Source: Chiloscyllium plagiosum (taxonomy: Eukaryota). Taken from it: a stretch of 64,000 nucleotides of DNA. Position 1 is the first letter of the stretch; each line of letters begins with the position of its first letter. Of the stretch, positions 62,140 to 64,000 are shown one piece after another. The stretch lies in the NCBI RefSeq assembly GCF_004010195.1, contig NC_057718.1:103881954-103945953 (forward strand). Direction: 5' to 3'. Below the pieces are notes generated by a model, which was not told the origin of the DNA, did no database searches, and saw only the letters and a list, made by a program, of their open reading frames with translations. A program made the position numbers and the translations under genes.

Positions 62140-62233
62140 TCTCCTGATGAGGGGCTTATGCTCGAAATGTCGACTCTCCTGCTCCTCGGATACTGCCTGA
62201 CCGGCTGCACTTTTCCAGCACCACACTTTTTGA
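62140..62233 (+). mobile_element. PLE terminal fragment with hammerhead motif
   Basis: c-CTGATGA-ggggcttatgctc-GAAA-tgTC-gactctcctgctcc. Confidence 0.85.
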
Positions 62234-63189
62234 CATAGGAGTGGAAAGCTAAAAGGAGAGAGAATATGAATAAAAGTAGTGGGATTAACATAAGCAGGAA
62301 TATCAAAGGGGCTAGGGTAACGTTACACATGTTTCTTCAGTGAGATCATGCTTTTCTGGACGTGTCAACCTGTGATTCTTGGCAAGAATACAAGTGTTAA
62401 TGAATGAACCGTGCTCTGACACACTCACTGGGTGCCTCCACGTGTTCCTCTGTTGCCAATGAATGTTAACTTACACCGATCTTACACACTCTACATTAGA
62501 TGTTGCAGTTGGATGTCATGGACAACATCTGCAGCAGAAGTTGAGAAACAACAGTTTTTTAAAAATACCAGTAGCTGTTTTAAAACTGTCCTACCATGAG
62601 AATAATTAGATTCAACTATTTTTAAGATTTCCTTCTGAGATGTTTGAGGATTGCTGGGCTCTGGTTATCAAGCTGGGGTGATTTTAAAACTCTGTTAGAC
62701 AGCTTGTCACTCTCACTTTCTGAATGATACACATCTGTGTAGTTTTACGCATGCTGTGTGTGAGCATATCTGTGTATATGCATGTCTGTTTGAGTGCATG
62801 GGTGCGAATGTGAGTGTGTGTAAGAATGTGTGACAGTGTGCACACATGGATCTGAGATCTCCGAAGTGATCTACTCTGTGAATCAGATCTGATCTCCCAG
62901 CCCCGCCCATCAGAAGCTGTTCCGTAGCTTCTCATAACTTGCCCAATCAGAGTTCGTCTCACTCAGAATAGACTAGTGATAGAACTAAGAACCACCTCCA
63001 AGTAGGACCCCAAGCCTGTGTGGATACCCACTTTACAGAGCTATGTAAGTACACAGTTATTGCACAACTGATTATAAAGAGTGGAGCAGATGTTCATTCA
63101 GAGTAAATGGAATTCAGTGCAGGCAGCTGTGGTATTGAGTGACAGGCAAACTGTCCTTGCCTGTGCCTCATTGAAGCACACTTGTTCAA

Positions 63190-63575
63190 TGTTTGAGTTA
63201 TAGGGAGAGTCTGAATAGGCTGGGGATTTTTTCCCTGGAGCATCAGAGACAGAGGGTTGACCTTTTGGAAGTTTATAAAATCATGAGAGGCATCAGTAGG
63301 GTGAATAATCTAGGTTTAAGATGAAAGGGGAAAGATTTAAAAGGGGCAACCTCTTCACGCAGAGGGTGGTACGTGTATGGAATGAGCTGCCACAGGAAGT
63401 GGTGGAGGTTGGTACAATTACAGCATTTAAAAGGCATCTGGATGGGTTTTGAATAGGAAGGGTTTAGAGGGATATGGGCAAAATGCTGGCAAATGGGACA
63501 AGATTAATTTAGGATACTTGGCCAGCATGGACAAGTTGGACCGCTATTTCCGTGCTGTACAACTTTATGACTCAA
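63190..63575 (+). mobile_element. CR1 LINE 3' end with internal deletions
   Basis: ttcacgcagagggtggtacgtgtatggaatgagctgcc. Confidence 0.9.
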
Positions 63576-63864
63576 TGATATACCTGAAACCCAAATAAAA
63601 GTTCCTACAAAGACATCAACTACCTCAGGGTGTGTTTATTCACTGTGTTGCTGAAGCTGCTGCGTAAGATTTGCAGGTTGGACATCTAAACCCTGGCCCC
63701 CTCACAACTAGAACCACAATGTAATTTGAATTTTCCCGGGTTTTAGACTCCAGAGGTTAGTTGTTGAGGGTCCTTTCAGTATGGGAACTAGATCTGAGTA
63801 TCGTGAAGCAGTGAATCCGATAACTGGCCCACCGCCCCATCCGGTACTAACGCCAAATTGGTTT

Positions 63865-63970
63865 GTTTATTCGTTCATGGGGTGTAGGAGCACTGGCTAG
63901 ACCAACATTTATTGTCCATCCCAAAGTCCCAGTTAAGAGTCAACCACATTGCTGCCGGTCTGGAGTCACA
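63865..63970 (-). mobile_element. SINE-B 3' part
   Basis: catttattgtccatccc..agttaagagtcaaccacattgctgccggtctggagtcacatg. Confidence 0.8.
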
Positions 63971-64000
63971 TGGACTAATCACGTGGACAATAAATGCAAA

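Noticed and set aside
62470..62560. Minus-strand coding exon with a good acceptor
   Set aside because: Stops in all three frames and weak donors
1..64000. Known microRNA, snRNA or rRNA genes
   Set aside because: None recognised by eye; an Rfam/miRBase search would be needed to exclude them

Overview
Repeat-dominated, gene-poor vertebrate DNA with several N gaps. The repeat families point to an elasmobranch (shark): HE1-type V-SINEs, CR1 LINEs, Deu-domain SINEs and Penelope-like elements. No intact host protein-coding gene is recognisable. The long ORFs are transposon remnants, simple repeats or read-through of N gaps. Main contents: (1) many nested CR1 LINE fragments, one reaching into the esterase ORF1; (2) a second APE-RT LINE family ('LINE-B') whose 5' end is a tRNA-like SINE head, plus a SINE that is that LINE's 5' end joined to its 3' end; (3) about 20 Penelope-like element (PLE) fragments carrying minimal hammerhead-ribozyme motifs, several as short inverted-repeat inserts with 8-17 bp target-site duplications (TSDs); (4) a decayed pogo/POGK-like transposase not shown by the ORF track; (5) Tx1 and L2 fragments, two minisatellites and LTR-like or TIR-bounded segments; (6) unique AT-rich stretches that look like conserved enhancers, and a few candidate small exons, including a 27-nt microexon on the minus strand. 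Family assignments come from recalled consensus sequences and hand translation, not from database searches. Boundaries are approximate unless a TSD is given.
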